The notes beneath the pieces are model-generated. The model had not been told where the DNA came from and made no database searches. It saw only the letters and a list, made by a program, of their open reading frames with translations. The position numbers were made by a program, and so were the translations under genes. Of a DNA stretch of 64,000 bases, positions 8,066 through 17,568 are shown one piece after another. Source of the DNA: Escherichia phage LYE-01; sequence record PQ303785.1. One strand, 5' to 3'. How positions within the stretch are numbered: the stretch's first letter is position 1; every line of letters begins with the position of its first letter.

Positions 8066-9748
8066 ATGAAATCATTTAAACTTAATAGAGTAAAATATAA
8101 AAATATAATGTCAGTTGGTCAAAATGGAGTTGACATTCAATTAGATAAGGTTCAAAAAACTCTTATTACTGGACGAAATGGCGGTGGTAAGTCTACTATG
8201 TTAGAAGCCATCACATTTGGGCTTTTTGGCAAGCCATTTCGTGATGTAAAGAAAGGTCAATTAATAAACAGCACAAATAAGAAAGAACTTTTAGTTGAAC
8301 TGTGGATGGAATATGATGAGAAAAAGTACTATATCAAAAGAGGACAAAAACCAAACGTTTTCGAAATCACCGTTAACGGTACACGTCTTAATGAATCTGC
8401 CAGCAGTAAAGATTTCCAAGCAGAATTTGAACAGCTTATCGGAATGTCATATGCCAGTTTCAAGCAGATTGTTGTCCTTGGTACAGCAGGGTATACCCCT
8501 TTCATGGGTTTGTCGACCCCTGCGCGAAGAAAGCTTGTGGAAGACCTGCTTGAGGTAGGAACATTAGCTGAAATGGATAAGCTTAATAAAGCACTAATAC
8601 GTGAATTAAATTCACAAAACCAAGTGCTTGATGTTAAAAAAGATAGTATTATCCAGCAAATTAAAATATATAATGATAACGTTGAACGTCAGAAAAAATT
8701 AACTGGTGATAACCTTACTCGTCTGCAGAATATGTATGATGATTTGGCGAAAGAAGCTAGAACGTTAAAATCGGAAATAGAAGAAGCTAATGAAAGATTA
8801 GTTAATATTGTTTTGGATGAAGACCCGACTGATGCATTTAATAAAATCGGTCAAGAAGCATTTTTAATTAAATCAAAAATTGACTCGTATAATAAAGTCA
8901 TTAATATGTATCACGAAGGTGGATTATGTCCAACCTGTTTGTCACAATTAAGTTCCGGTGATAAAGTTGTTTCTAAAATTAAAGATAAAGTTTCTGAATG
9001 CACGCATTCGTTTGAACAGCTTTCAACACATCGTGATAATTTAAAAGTTCTCGTTGATGAATACCGAGATAATATTAAAACCCAGCAGACGTTGGCGAAT
9101 GATATTCGCAATAAAAAGCAATCCTTAATCACGACGATAGATAAAGCTAAAAAGGTTAAAGCGGCTATAGAAAAAGCATCATCCGAGTTTATTGACCATG
9201 CTGATGAAATAGCACTGCTTCAAGAAGAACTTGATAAAATTGTTAAGACAAAAACTAATTTAGTAATGGAAAAATACCACAGAGGAATTTTGACTGACAT
9301 GCTCAAAGATTCTGGTATTAAAGGTGCTATTATTAAAAAGTACATTCCATTATTTAATAAGCAGATTAACCATTATCTTAAAATAATGGAAGCGGATTAT
9401 GTGTTTACATTAGATGAAGAATTTAATGAGACAATTAAATCCCGTGGTCGCGAAGATTTTAGTTATGCTTCATTCAGTGAAGGTGAAAAAGCACGAATTG
9501 ATATTGCTCTTTTATTTACTTGGCGTGATATTGCTTCTATCGTATCTGGTGTTAGTATTAGTACATTAATTCTTGATGAAGTGTTTGATGGGTCATTTGA
9601 TGCCGAAGGTATTAAAGGTGTAGCGAATATTATAAATTCAATGAAAAATACTAATGTTTTTATAATTTCGCATAAAGACCACGACCCGCAAGAATATGGT
9701 CAGCATCTTCAAATGAAGAAAGTTGGTCGGTTTACTGTAATGGTTTAA
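8066..9748 (+). CDS. 46: gp46 recombination nuclease ATPase subunit (Rad50/SbcC-like, 560 aa)
   Basis: Walker A GRNGGGKST, Zn-hook CPTC, coiled-coil middle, C-terminal LILDE Walker B; 560 aa as T4 gp46. Confidence 0.9.
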   Translation: MKSFKLNRVKYKNIMSVGQNGVDIQLDKVQKTLITGRNGGGKSTMLEAITFGLFGKPFRDVKKGQLINSTNKKELLVELWMEYDEKKYYIKRGQKPNVFEITVNGTRLNESASSKDFQAEFEQLIGMSYASFKQIVVLGTAGYTPFMGLSTPARRKLVEDLLEVGTLAEMDKLNKALIRELNSQNQVLDVKKDSIIQQIKIYNDNVERQKKLTGDNLTRLQNMYDDLAKEARTLKSEIEEANERLVNIVLDEDPTDAFNKIGQEAFLIKSKIDSYNKVINMYHEGGLCPTCLSQLSSGDKVVSKIKDKVSECTHSFEQLSTHRDNLKVLVDEYRDNIKTQQTLANDIRNKKQSLITTIDKAKKVKAAIEKASSEFIDHADEIALLQEELDKIVKTKTNLVMEKYHRGILTDMLKDSGIKGAIIKKYIPLFNKQINHYLKIMEADYVFTLDEEFNETIKSRGREDFSYASFSEGEKARIDIALLFTWRDIASIVSGVSISTLILDEVFDGSFDAEGIKGVANIINSMKNTNVFIISHKDHDPQEYGQHLQMKKVGRFTVMV

Positions 9749-9802
9749 TTTATAAGAGATTATGCTTTAATTTATTAGAGTATAATCTCTATGGAGGAAA
9801 AC

Positions 9803-9991
9803 ATGGAATATTCAACTGGACAGCATCTATTAACTATTCCTGAAATAAAACGATATATTCTGAGAAATAATTTTTCTAATGAAGAGCATATAGTTACTGA
9901 ATCTATGCTTAAGAATGCATTTAAAGCAGAATATACGAAAATAATGTCCAACAGAAATGAAGCTTGGACTGTTACTGATTATTATGACTAA
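9803..9991 (+). CDS. hypothetical protein (62 aa from ATG 9803)
   Basis: GGAGG SD before ATG 9803. Confidence 0.35.
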   Translation: MEYSTGQHLLTIPEIKRYILRNNFSNEEHIVTESMLKNAFKAEYTKIMSNRNEAWTVTDYYD

Positions 9992-10000
9992 AGGTGTATT

Positions 10001-10390
10001 ATGACTAAAATTACTGTGAATTATACTGTTGATGTAAAAGATATTCAGCCAAAACACGTGCGTTCTGAATCAAATCCACAAAACCAAAATAAAATTCGTC
10101 GAGCATGGGTTTTGTCTCTTTCTAATAACGCAATGGAAGTTATTCAAAACAAAATTAAATCTGCACCTGCTCGTCATGCGTATTATGAAGCTATCGATAG
10201 TGAAGTGAGTGATAAATGGATCGAACTGATGCGCAAACATACGACAGAATCTCTAAACGCTGGTGCCAAATTTATTATGACTTCATGTGGTGAACGCCTT
10301 GAAGATGATTATTGTGGTAATGCAGATGAACGTCTAATTGTTGCTGCTCAAATTGTTGCGGAAACAATTGCTGCTGATTTTAATCGTTAA
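10001..10390 (+). CDS. rpbA: RNA polymerase-binding protein RpbA-like (129 aa)
   Basis: 129 aa ORF immediately upstream of gene 45, as T4 rpbA (recall of size and position only). Confidence 0.55.
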   Translation: MTKITVNYTVDVKDIQPKHVRSESNPQNQNKIRRAWVLSLSNNAMEVIQNKIKSAPARHAYYEAIDSEVSDKWIELMRKHTTESLNAGAKFIMTSCGERLEDDYCGNADERLIVAAQIVAETIAADFNR

Positions 10391-10391
10391 T

Positions 10392-10416
10392 TGCTTTATT
10401 AAATTAGTTATAAAAT
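10392..10416 (+). promoter_or_regulatory. candidate MotA-box middle promoter overlapping a late-promoter-like TATAAAAT, upstream of gene 45
   Basis: TGCTTTA at 10392-10398; TATAAAAT at 10409-10416. Confidence 0.4.
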
Positions 10417-10445
10417 TAAATCTCATTTGAATTGAAGGAAATTAC

Positions 10446-11132
10446 ATGAAACTGTCTAAAGATACTACTGCTCTGCTCAAAAATTTCGCTACTATTAACT
10501 CCGGTATTATGCTTAAATCCGGCCAATTTATTATGACTCGCGCAGTTAATGGTACCACTTATGCGGAAGCAAATATTTCTGACACTATTGATTTTGATGT
10601 AGCGATTTACGATTTGAACGGTTTTCTCGGTATTCTGTCTCTAGTTAATGATGATGCAGAAATTTCCCAGTCAGAAGATGGTAATATTAAAATTGCTGAT
10701 GCTCGTTCAACAATTTTTTGGCCAGCAGCCGATCCGAGTACAGTAGTTGCTCCTAATAAACCAATTCCATTCCCGGTAGCATCTGTTGTTACTGAAATTA
10801 AAGCTGAAGACCTTCAACAGCTGTTGCGTGTATCTCGTGGTCTGCAGATTGATACAATTGCTATCACAGTAAAAGAAGGTAAAATCGTAATTAACGGTTT
10901 TAATAAAGTAGAAGATTCTGCTTTGACACGTGTTAAATATTCTTTGACTCTTGGTGATTATGATGGTGAAAATACATTTAATTTCATTATCAATATGGCA
11001 AATATGAAAATGCAACCAGGAAATTATAAACTTCTGCTCTGGGCAAAAGGTAAACAAGGCGCTGCTAAATTTGAAGGTGAACATGCGAATTATGTAGTAG
11101 CTCTTGAAGCTGATTCTACCCACGATTTTTAA
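10446..11132 (+). CDS. 45: gp45 sliding clamp (228 aa)
   Basis: 228 aa; sequence and synteny as T4 gp45. Confidence 0.9.
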   Translation: MKLSKDTTALLKNFATINSGIMLKSGQFIMTRAVNGTTYAEANISDTIDFDVAIYDLNGFLGILSLVNDDAEISQSEDGNIKIADARSTIFWPAADPSTVVAPNKPIPFPVASVVTEIKAEDLQQLLRVSRGLQIDTIAITVKEGKIVINGFNKVEDSALTRVKYSLTLGDYDGENTFNFIINMANMKMQPGNYKLLLWAKGKQGAAKFEGEHANYVVALEADSTHDF

Positions 11133-11134
11133 TA

Positions 11135-11153
11135 GAGGGCTTCGGCCCTTTAT
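11135..11153 (+). terminator. GGGCTTCGGCCC UUCG hairpin after gene 45
   Basis: GAGGGCTTCGGCCCTTTATAATTT. Confidence 0.5.
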
Positions 11154-11183
11154 AATTTACACTAAAACTTGAATGAGGAAATT

Positions 11184-12143
11184 ATGATTACTGTAAATGA
11201 AAAAGAACACATTCTTGAACAGAAATATCGTCCATCTACTATCGATGAATGTATTCTTCCCGCCTTTGATAAAGAAACCTTTAAATCTATTACAAGTAAA
11301 GGTAAGATTCCACATATTATTCTTCATTCTCCTTCTCCAGGAACAGGTAAAACAACCGTAGCAAAAGCATTGTGTCATGACGTAAATGCTGATATGATGT
11401 TTGTGAATGGGTCAGATTGTAAAATTGATTTCGTTCGCGGTCCTTTGACCAATTTTGCTAGTGCAGCTTCATTTGATGGTCGTCAAAAAGTAATTGTTAT
11501 TGATGAATTTGACCGTTCAGGATTAGCAGAATCTCAGCGACATCTTCGTTCCTTTATGGAAGCTTATAGTTCAAACTGTAGTATTATTATTACTGCTAAC
11601 AATATTGATGGTATTATTAAACCGCTTCAGTCACGCTGCCGAGTTATTACATTCGGTCAACCGACCGATGAAGATAAAATTGAAATGATGAAGCAGATGA
11701 TTCGTCGATTGACTGAAATCTGCAAGCGTGAAGGAATTGCTATAGCTGATATGAAAGTTGTAGCAGCTTTGGTTAAAAAGAATTTTCCTGATTTTCGTAA
11801 AACTATTGGCGAGCTCGATAGTTATTCATCTAAAGGTGTTTTGGATGCTGGTATTTTATCACTGGTTACTAACGATCGTGGTGCTATTGATGATGTTCTT
11901 GAATCTCTCAAAAATAAAGATGTTAAACAGCTCAGAGCTTTAGCACCAAAATATGCAGCTGATTATTCGTGGTTCGTAGGTAAACTTGCCGAAGAAATTT
12001 ATTCACGTGTAACTCCACAGAGTATTATTCGTATGTATGAAATTGTTGGTGAAAATAACCAGTATCATGGAATTGCGGCTAATACGGAATTACATTTAGC
12101 ATATCTTTTCATTCAATTGGCATGTGAAATGCAGTGGAAGTGA
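11184..12143 (+). CDS. 44: gp44 clamp-loader ATPase subunit (319 aa)
   Basis: From ATG 11184 begins [17 protein letters not shown]; Walker A GTGKTT; DEFD box; matches T4 gp44. Confidence 0.9.
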   Translation: MITVNEKEHILEQKYRPSTIDECILPAFDKETFKSITSKGKIPHIILHSPSPGTGKTTVAKALCHDVNADMMFVNGSDCKIDFVRGPLTNFASAASFDGRQKVIVIDEFDRSGLAESQRHLRSFMEAYSSNCSIIITANNIDGIIKPLQSRCRVITFGQPTDEDKIEMMKQMIRRLTEICKREGIAIADMKVVAALVKKNFPDFRKTIGELDSYSSKGVLDAGILSLVTNDRGAIDDVLESLKNKDVKQLRALAPKYAADYSWFVGKLAEEIYSRVTPQSIIRMYEIVGENNQYHGIAANTELHLAYLFIQLACEMQWK

Positions 12144-12144
12144 T

Positions 12145-12708
12145 ATGAGCTTATTTGAAGATGATATTCAATTAAACGAGCATCAAGTTGCTTGGTATTC
12201 AAAAGATTGGACAGCTGTCCAATCTGCTGCTGATTCTTTTAAAGAAAAAGCTGAAAATGAATTTTTTGAAATAATTGGGGCTATTAATAATAAAACTAAA
12301 TGCTCTATTGCTCAAAAAGATTATTCAAAATACATGGTTGAGAATGCATTATCACAATTTCCTGAGTGCATGCCAGCTGTATATGCTATGAATTTAATTG
12401 GATCAGGTTTAAGCGATGAAGCCCATTTTAATTATCTGATGGCTGCTGTTCCTCGGGGTAAAAGATATGGTAAATGGGCAAAACTGGTTGAAGATTCTAC
12501 TGAAGTATTGGTTATTAAGTTACTTGCTAAGCGGTATCAAGTTAATACAAATGATGCAATTAACTATAAATCAATTCTTACTAAAAATGGAAAACTTCCT
12601 TTAGTATTAAAGGAACTAAAAGGTTTAGTCACGGATGATTTTTTGAAAGAAGTGACTAAGAACGTAAAAGAACAGAAACAACTCAAAAAACTAGCATTGG
12701 AATGGTAA
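12145..12708 (+). CDS. 62: gp62 clamp-loader subunit (187 aa)
   Basis: From ATG 12145 begins [13 protein letters not shown]; 187 aa; follows gene 44. Confidence 0.85.
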   Translation: MSLFEDDIQLNEHQVAWYSKDWTAVQSAADSFKEKAENEFFEIIGAINNKTKCSIAQKDYSKYMVENALSQFPECMPAVYAMNLIGSGLSDEAHFNYLMAAVPRGKRYGKWAKLVEDSTEVLVIKLLAKRYQVNTNDAINYKSILTKNGKLPLVLKELKGLVTDDFLKEVTKNVKEQKQLKKLALEW

Positions 12709-12709
12709 A

Positions 12710-13078
12710 ATGATTGAAATTACTCTTAAAAAACCTGAAGATTTTCTGAAAGTAAAAGAAACCTTGACTCGTATGGGAATTGCTAATAATAAAGATAAAG
12801 TTCTGTATCAGTCCTGCCACATTCTTCAGAAAAAAGGACTATACTATATCGTTCATTTTAAAGAAATGCTTCGTATGGATGGTCGCCAGGTTGAAATGAC
12901 AGAAGAAGATGAAGTTCGTCGTGATTCGATTGCATGGCTGTTAGAAGATTGGGGACTGATTGAAATCGCTCCCGGTCAAAGAACTTTTATGAAAGATTTA
13001 ACTAATAACTTCCGAGTTATTTCTTTTAAACAAAAACATGAATGGAAGCTCGTTCCCAAATATACGATTGGTAATTAA
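12710..13078 (+). CDS. regA: RegA translational repressor (122 aa)
   Basis: 122 aa beginning MIEITLKKPEDFLKVKETLTRMG; synteny 62-regA-43. Confidence 0.85.
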   Translation: MIEITLKKPEDFLKVKETLTRMGIANNKDKVLYQSCHILQKKGLYYIVHFKEMLRMDGRQVEMTEEDEVRRDSIAWLLEDWGLIEIAPGQRTFMKDLTNNFRVISFKQKHEWKLVPKYTIGN

Positions 13079-13080
13079 GC

Positions 13081-13103
13081 AAGGGGCTTCGGCCCCTTAT
13101 TTG
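13081..13103 (+). terminator. GGGGCTTCGGCCCC UUCG hairpin plus T tract
   Basis: AAGGGGCTTCGGCCCCTTATTT. Confidence 0.5.
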
Positions 13104-13118
13104 GAGTATAATATATCA

Positions 13119-13156
13119 AGAGCCTAATAACTCGGGCTATAAACTAAGGAATATCT
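13119..13156 (+). promoter_or_regulatory. gene 43 translational operator (hairpin with UAAUAACUC-type loop adjacent to SD)
   Basis: GAGCCTAATAACTCGGGCT hairpin then AAGGA SD; matches the classical T4 gp43 autoregulatory RNA operator as I recall it. Confidence 0.6.
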
Positions 13157-15853
13157 ATGAAAGAATTTTATATCTCTATCGAAACAGTCGGAAATAACAT
13201 TGTTGAGCGTTACATTGATGAAAACGGAAAGGAACGTACTCGTGAAGTAGAATATCTTCCGACTATGTTTAGGCATTGTAAGGAAGAGTCAAAATACAAA
13301 GACATTTATGGTAAAAATTGCGCTCCTCAAAAATTTCCATCAATGAAAGATGCCCGAGATTGGATGAAACGAATGGAAGACATCGGTCTCGAAGCTCTCG
13401 GTATGAACGATTTTAAACTCGCTTATATCAGTGATACATATGGTTCAGAAATTGTTTATGACCGAAAATTTGTTCGTGTAGCTAACTGTGACATTGAGGT
13501 TACTGGTGATAAATTTCCTGACCCAATGAAAGCAGAATATGAAATTGATGCTATCACTCATTATGATTCAATTGACGACCGTTTTTACGTCTTTGATTTG
13601 TTGAATTCAATGTACGGTTCAGTATCAAAATGGGATGCAAAGTTAGCTGCTAAGCTTGACTGTGAAGGTGGTGATGAAGTTCCTCAAGAAATTCTTGACC
13701 GAGTAATTTATATGCCATTTGATAATGAGCGTGATATGCTCATGGAATATATTAATCTCTGGGAACAGAAACGACCTGCTATTTTTACCGGTTGGAATAT
13801 TGAGGGATTTGACGTTCCGTATATCATGAATCGTGTTAAAATGGTTCTCGGTGAACGCAGTATGAAACGTTTCTCTCCAATCGGTCGAGTAAAATCTAAA
13901 TTAATTCAAAATATGTACGGTAGCAAAGAAATTTATTCTATTGATGGCGTATCTATTCTTGATTATTTAGATTTGTACAAGAAATTCGCATTTACTAATT
14001 TGCCATCGTTCTCTTTGGAATCAGTTGCTCAACATGAAACCAAAAAAGGTAAATTACCGTACGATGGTCCTATTAATAAACTTCGTGAGACTAATCATCA
14101 ACGATACATTAGTTATAACATTATTGACGTAGAATCAGTTCAAGCAATTGATAAAATTCGTGGGTTTATCGATCTAGTTTTAAGTATGTCTTATTATGCT
14201 AAAATGCCTTTTTCTGGTGTAATGAGTCCTATTAAAACTTGGGATGCTATTATTTTTAACTCATTGAAAGGTGAACATAAGGTTATTCCTCAACAAGGTT
14301 CGCACGTTAAACAAAGTTTTCCAGGTGCATTTGTGTTTGAACCTAAACCGATTGCTCGTCGATACATTATGAGTTTTGACTTGACGTCTCTGTATCCTAG
14401 CATTATTCGTCAGGTTAACATTAGTCCTGAAACTATTCGTGGACAGTTTAAAGTTCATCCAATTCATGAATATATCGCAGGAACAGCTCCTAAGCCAAGT
14501 GATGAATATTCTTGTTCTCCGAATGGATGGATGTACGATAAGCATCAAGAAGGTATCATTCCAAAGGAAATCGCTAAAGTATTTTTCCAGCGTAAAGATT
14601 GGAAAAAGAAAATGTTCGCTGAAGAAATGAATGCCGAAGCTATTAAAAAGATTATTATGAAAGGCGCAGGGTCTTGTTCAACTAAACCAGAAGTTGAACG
14701 ATATGTTAAGTTCAGTGATGATTTCTTAAATGAACTATCAAATTACACCGAATCTGTTCTTAATAGTCTGATCGAAGAATGTGAAAAAGCAGCTACACTT
14801 GCTAACACAAATCAGCTGAACCGTAAAATTCTTATCAACAGTCTTTACGGCGCTCTTGGTAATATTCATTTCCGTTACTATGATTTGCGAAATGCTACTG
14901 CTATCACAATTTTTGGTCAAGTCGGTATTCAGTGGATTGCTCGTAAAATTAATGAATACCTGAATAAGGTGTGTGGAACTGATGGTGAAGATTTCATCGC
15001 AGCAGGTGATACTGATTCGGTATATGTTTGTGTAGATAAAGTTATTGAAAAAGTAGGTCTTGACCGCTTTAAAGAACAAAATGATTTAGTTGAATTCATG
15101 AATCAGTTTGGTAAGAAAAAGATGGAACCTATGATTGATGTTGCATATCGTGAGTTATGTGATTATATGAATAACCGCGAGCATCTGATGCATATGGACC
15201 GTGAAGCTATTTCTTGTCCTCCACTTGGTTCAAAGGGTGTTGGTGGATTTTGGAAAGCGAAAAAGCGTTATGCTCTGAACGTTTATGATATGGAAGATAA
15301 ACGATTTGCTGAACCACATCTAAAAATCATGGGTATGGAAACTCAGCAGAGTTCAACACCAAAAGCAGTACAAGAAGCTCTCGAAGAAAGTATTCGTCGT
15401 ATTCTTCAGGAAGGCGAAGAGTCTGTCCAAGAATACTACAAGAACTTTGAGAAAGAATATCGTCAACTTGATTATAAAGTTATTGCTGAAGTAAAAACCG
15501 CGAACGATATAGCGAAATATGACGATAAAGGTTGGCCAGGATTTAAATGCCCGTTCCACATTCGTGGGGTGCTAACTTATCGTCGAGCTGTTAATGGTTT
15601 AGGTGTAGCTCCAATTTTGGATGGAAATAAGGTAATGGTTCTTCCATTACGTGAGGGAAATCCATTTGGTGACAAGTGCATTGCTTGGCCATCGGGTACG
15701 GAACTTCCAAAAGAAATTCGTTCTGATGTACTGTCTTGGATTGACTACTCAACTTTGTTCCAAAAATCGTTTGTTAAACCGCTTGCGGGTATGTGTGAAT
15801 CGGCAGGTATGGACTATGAAGAAAAAGCTTCGTTAGACTTCCTGTTTGGCTGA
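13157..15853 (+). CDS. 43: gp43 DNA polymerase (family B, 898 aa)
   Basis: 898 aa; exonuclease and polymerase motifs (NCDIEV, DLTSLYPS, YGDTDS); matches T4 gp43. Confidence 0.95.
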   Translation: MKEFYISIETVGNNIVERYIDENGKERTREVEYLPTMFRHCKEESKYKDIYGKNCAPQKFPSMKDARDWMKRMEDIGLEALGMNDFKLAYISDTYGSEIVYDRKFVRVANCDIEVTGDKFPDPMKAEYEIDAITHYDSIDDRFYVFDLLNSMYGSVSKWDAKLAAKLDCEGGDEVPQEILDRVIYMPFDNERDMLMEYINLWEQKRPAIFTGWNIEGFDVPYIMNRVKMVLGERSMKRFSPIGRVKSKLIQNMYGSKEIYSIDGVSILDYLDLYKKFAFTNLPSFSLESVAQHETKKGKLPYDGPINKLRETNHQRYISYNIIDVESVQAIDKIRGFIDLVLSMSYYAKMPFSGVMSPIKTWDAIIFNSLKGEHKVIPQQGSHVKQSFPGAFVFEPKPIARRYIMSFDLTSLYPSIIRQVNISPETIRGQFKVHPIHEYIAGTAPKPSDEYSCSPNGWMYDKHQEGIIPKEIAKVFFQRKDWKKKMFAEEMNAEAIKKIIMKGAGSCSTKPEVERYVKFSDDFLNELSNYTESVLNSLIEECEKAATLANTNQLNRKILINSLYGALGNIHFRYYDLRNATAITIFGQVGIQWIARKINEYLNKVCGTDGEDFIAAGDTDSVYVCVDKVIEKVGLDRFKEQNDLVEFMNQFGKKKMEPMIDVAYRELCDYMNNREHLMHMDREAISCPPLGSKGVGGFWKAKKRYALNVYDMEDKRFAEPHLKIMGMETQQSSTPKAVQEALEESIRRILQEGEESVQEYYKNFEKEYRQLDYKVIAEVKTANDIAKYDDKGWPGFKCPFHIRGVLTYRRAVNGLGVAPILDGNKVMVLPLREGNPFGDKCIAWPSGTELPKEIRSDVLSWIDYSTLFQKSFVKPLAGMCESAGMDYEEKASLDFLFG

Positions 15854-15865
15854 TAGAATAAATCT

Positions 15866-15888
15866 AGGGACCTCCAGGTCCCTTTTTC
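15866..15888 (+). terminator. rho-independent terminator GGGACC-TCCA-GGTCCC plus TTTTT
   Basis: Perfect 6-bp GC stem and T5 run after gene 43. Confidence 0.65.
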
Positions 15889-15970
15889 ATACAAGTAATA
15901 TAAATCTATACTTATGAAAAAGAGATGATTCTGGACCCTTTGGATTCCCTAAAATTTTTTTCACAAAACT

Positions 15971-16000
15971 GTTTACATCCCGGTTCCTTTATGGTACTAT
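15971..16000 (+). promoter_or_regulatory. T4-type early promoter of a PeSL-like cassette (GTTTAC, 18 nt spacer, TACTAT)
   Basis: TTTTCACAAAACTGTTTAC...TATGGTACTAT; one of four near-identical cassettes in the window. Confidence 0.55.
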
Positions 16001-16005
16001 ATAAC

Positions 16006-16034
16006 TATCAACTGATACGGATTTGGAGAATGAA
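16006..16034 (+). repeat. conserved early leader: TATCAACTGATA hairpin plus GGAGAAT SD
   Basis: TATCAACTGATACGGATTTGGAGAATGAAATG, near-identical to 43982-44013. Confidence 0.55.
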
Positions 16035-16415
16035 ATGAAAATCGCTATTTTGGTTATTGCATTGGGTCTTACTGGTTGTGTAGCTCAAGGACCGGTAGTA
16101 AATCAGTCTGATGTAGGAAAAATTGTAAACTGTTCAAGCAAATTTTATAATCCTAATGTTAAGTGTTATAAAGAGGCTCCAAAACAGACAGTAGAACAAA
16201 TGCAGGCGAATTTTGACGAAGCTATTCGTCCAGATGAATCTGCACAAGCATATCGTAATTCAGATGTGATTACACGCGAAGAAAAAATTGAAAACTACTG
16301 TGCTGAACTTTGGGCAAATTGGGCTAATAATTACCAATGGCGTACTGGTAAAAATGCTCCGATGGAGTATGTAGTAAATTCTTATAATTCATGTGTAAAA
16401 AATTTGACTAAGTGA
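16035..16415 (+). CDS. predicted lipoprotein (126 aa from ATG 16035)
   Basis: Signal peptide with lipobox (MKIAILVIALGLTGC); GGAG SD; position of T4 imm.1. Confidence 0.5.
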   Translation: MKIAILVIALGLTGCVAQGPVVNQSDVGKIVNCSSKFYNPNVKCYKEAPKQTVEQMQANFDEAIRPDESAQAYRNSDVITREEKIENYCAELWANWANNYQWRTGKNAPMEYVVNSYNSCVKNLTK

Positions 16416-16422
16416 GGAAAAC

Positions 16423-16674
16423 ATGGAAACTTTAGTAGCAGGTTCAATTTTTATGGTTTTAGTTTCAGGCGTGTTGGCTATTATTATATACATGCTTCCA
16501 TGGTTTATCGCCTTGATGCGTGGGTCAAAATCGACAGTAGGAATCTTTTTCACATCTTTACTGTTTAATTGGTCAATTATTGGTTGGTTTATTACATTTA
16601 TTTGGTCAATTGCGGGTGAAACTAAAAAATCTGCACAGCAAAACCAAGTAATTATCATCAGAGAGAAGGAATGA
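16423..16674 (+). CDS. imm: Imm, superinfection immunity membrane protein (83 aa)
   Basis: 83 aa two-TM protein between 43 and 42, as T4 imm. Confidence 0.7.
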   Translation: METLVAGSIFMVLVSGVLAIIIYMLPWFIALMRGSKSTVGIFFTSLLFNWSIIGWFITFIWSIAGETKKSAQQNQVIIIREKE

Positions 16675-16820
16675 AAAGCAAAATTATAGCAGTGTTGCTT
16701 TTAATCTTGATGATTATAATAAGTATATACTATAGTGTAACGGTTCCTCTTATGATTCCAACGCTTATTATAGGGTGGAGTTTATTACTGTTACAAGTTA
16801 AATATGAATGTATCAATTGA
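16671..16820 (+). CDS. hypothetical small membrane protein (49 aa)
   Basis: ATG overlaps imm stop (ATGA); hydrophobic; ends 8 nt before gene 42. Confidence 0.3.
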   Translation: MKSKIIAVLLLILMIIISIYYSVTVPLMIPTLIIGWSLLLLQVKYECIN

Positions 16821-16827
16821 GGTTTAA

Positions 16828-17568
16828 ATGATTAATGATTCTATGACAGTTGAAGAAATCCGTCTTCATTTGGGAATTGCATTAAAGGAAAAAGATTTCG
16901 TAGTTGATAAAACCGGTGTTAAAACTATTGAAATTATTGGTGCATCATTTGTAGCAGATGAACCTTTTATTTTTGGCGCTCTTAATGATGAATACATTCA
17001 GCGTGAACTTGAATGGTATAAGTCTCAAAGTTTGTTTGTTAAAGATATTCCAGGTGAAACACCAAAGATTTGGCAGCAGGTAGCATCTTCTAAAGGCGAA
17101 ATTAACTCGAATTATGGTTGGGCCATCTGGTCAGAAGATAACTATGCCCAGTATGATATGTGTTTAGCTGAACTTGGTCAAAATCCTGATTCTCGACGTG
17201 GTATCATGATTTATACTCGTCCATCTATGCAGTTTGACTACAATAAAGATGGTATGTCAGATTTCATGTGTACGAATACAGTACAGTACCTGATTCGTGA
17301 TAAGAAAGTCAATGCAGTAGTTAACATGCGCTCAAATGACGTGGTCTTCGGATTCCGTAATGATTATGCATGGCAAAAATACGTACTAGATAAACTAGTA
17401 TCTGATTTGAATGCAGGTGATTCAACTCGCCAGTATAAAGCAGGTTCCATTATATGGAATGTTGGAAGCCTTCATGTGTATTCCCGTCATTTTTATTTGG
17501 TTGACCATTGGTGGAAAACTGGCGAAACTCATATTGCGAAAAAAGATTATAATGGTGAGTGGAAATGA
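16828..17568 (+). CDS. 42: gp42 dCMP hydroxymethylase (246 aa)
   Basis: 246 aa; thymidylate-synthase-like sequence; synteny. Confidence 0.9.
   Translation: MINDSMTVEEIRLHLGIALKEKDFVVDKTGVKTIEIIGASFVADEPFIFGALNDEYIQRELEWYKSQSLFVKDIPGETPKIWQQVASSKGEINSNYGWAIWSEDNYAQYDMCLAELGQNPDSRRGIMIYTRPSMQFDYNKDGMSDFMCTNTVQYLIRDKKVNAVVNMRSNDVVFGFRNDYAWQKYVLDKLVSDLNAGDSTRQYKAGSIIWNVGSLHVYSRHFYLVDHWWKTGETHIAKKDYNGEWK

Noticed and set aside
10707-11123. Minus-strand 138-aa ORF inside gene 45
   Set aside because: Shadow ORF antisense to the sliding clamp gene.
14261-15559. Several minus-strand ORFs (14261-14548, 14738-15079, 15353-15559) inside gene 43
   Set aside because: Antisense to DNA polymerase; AT-rich frames open by chance.
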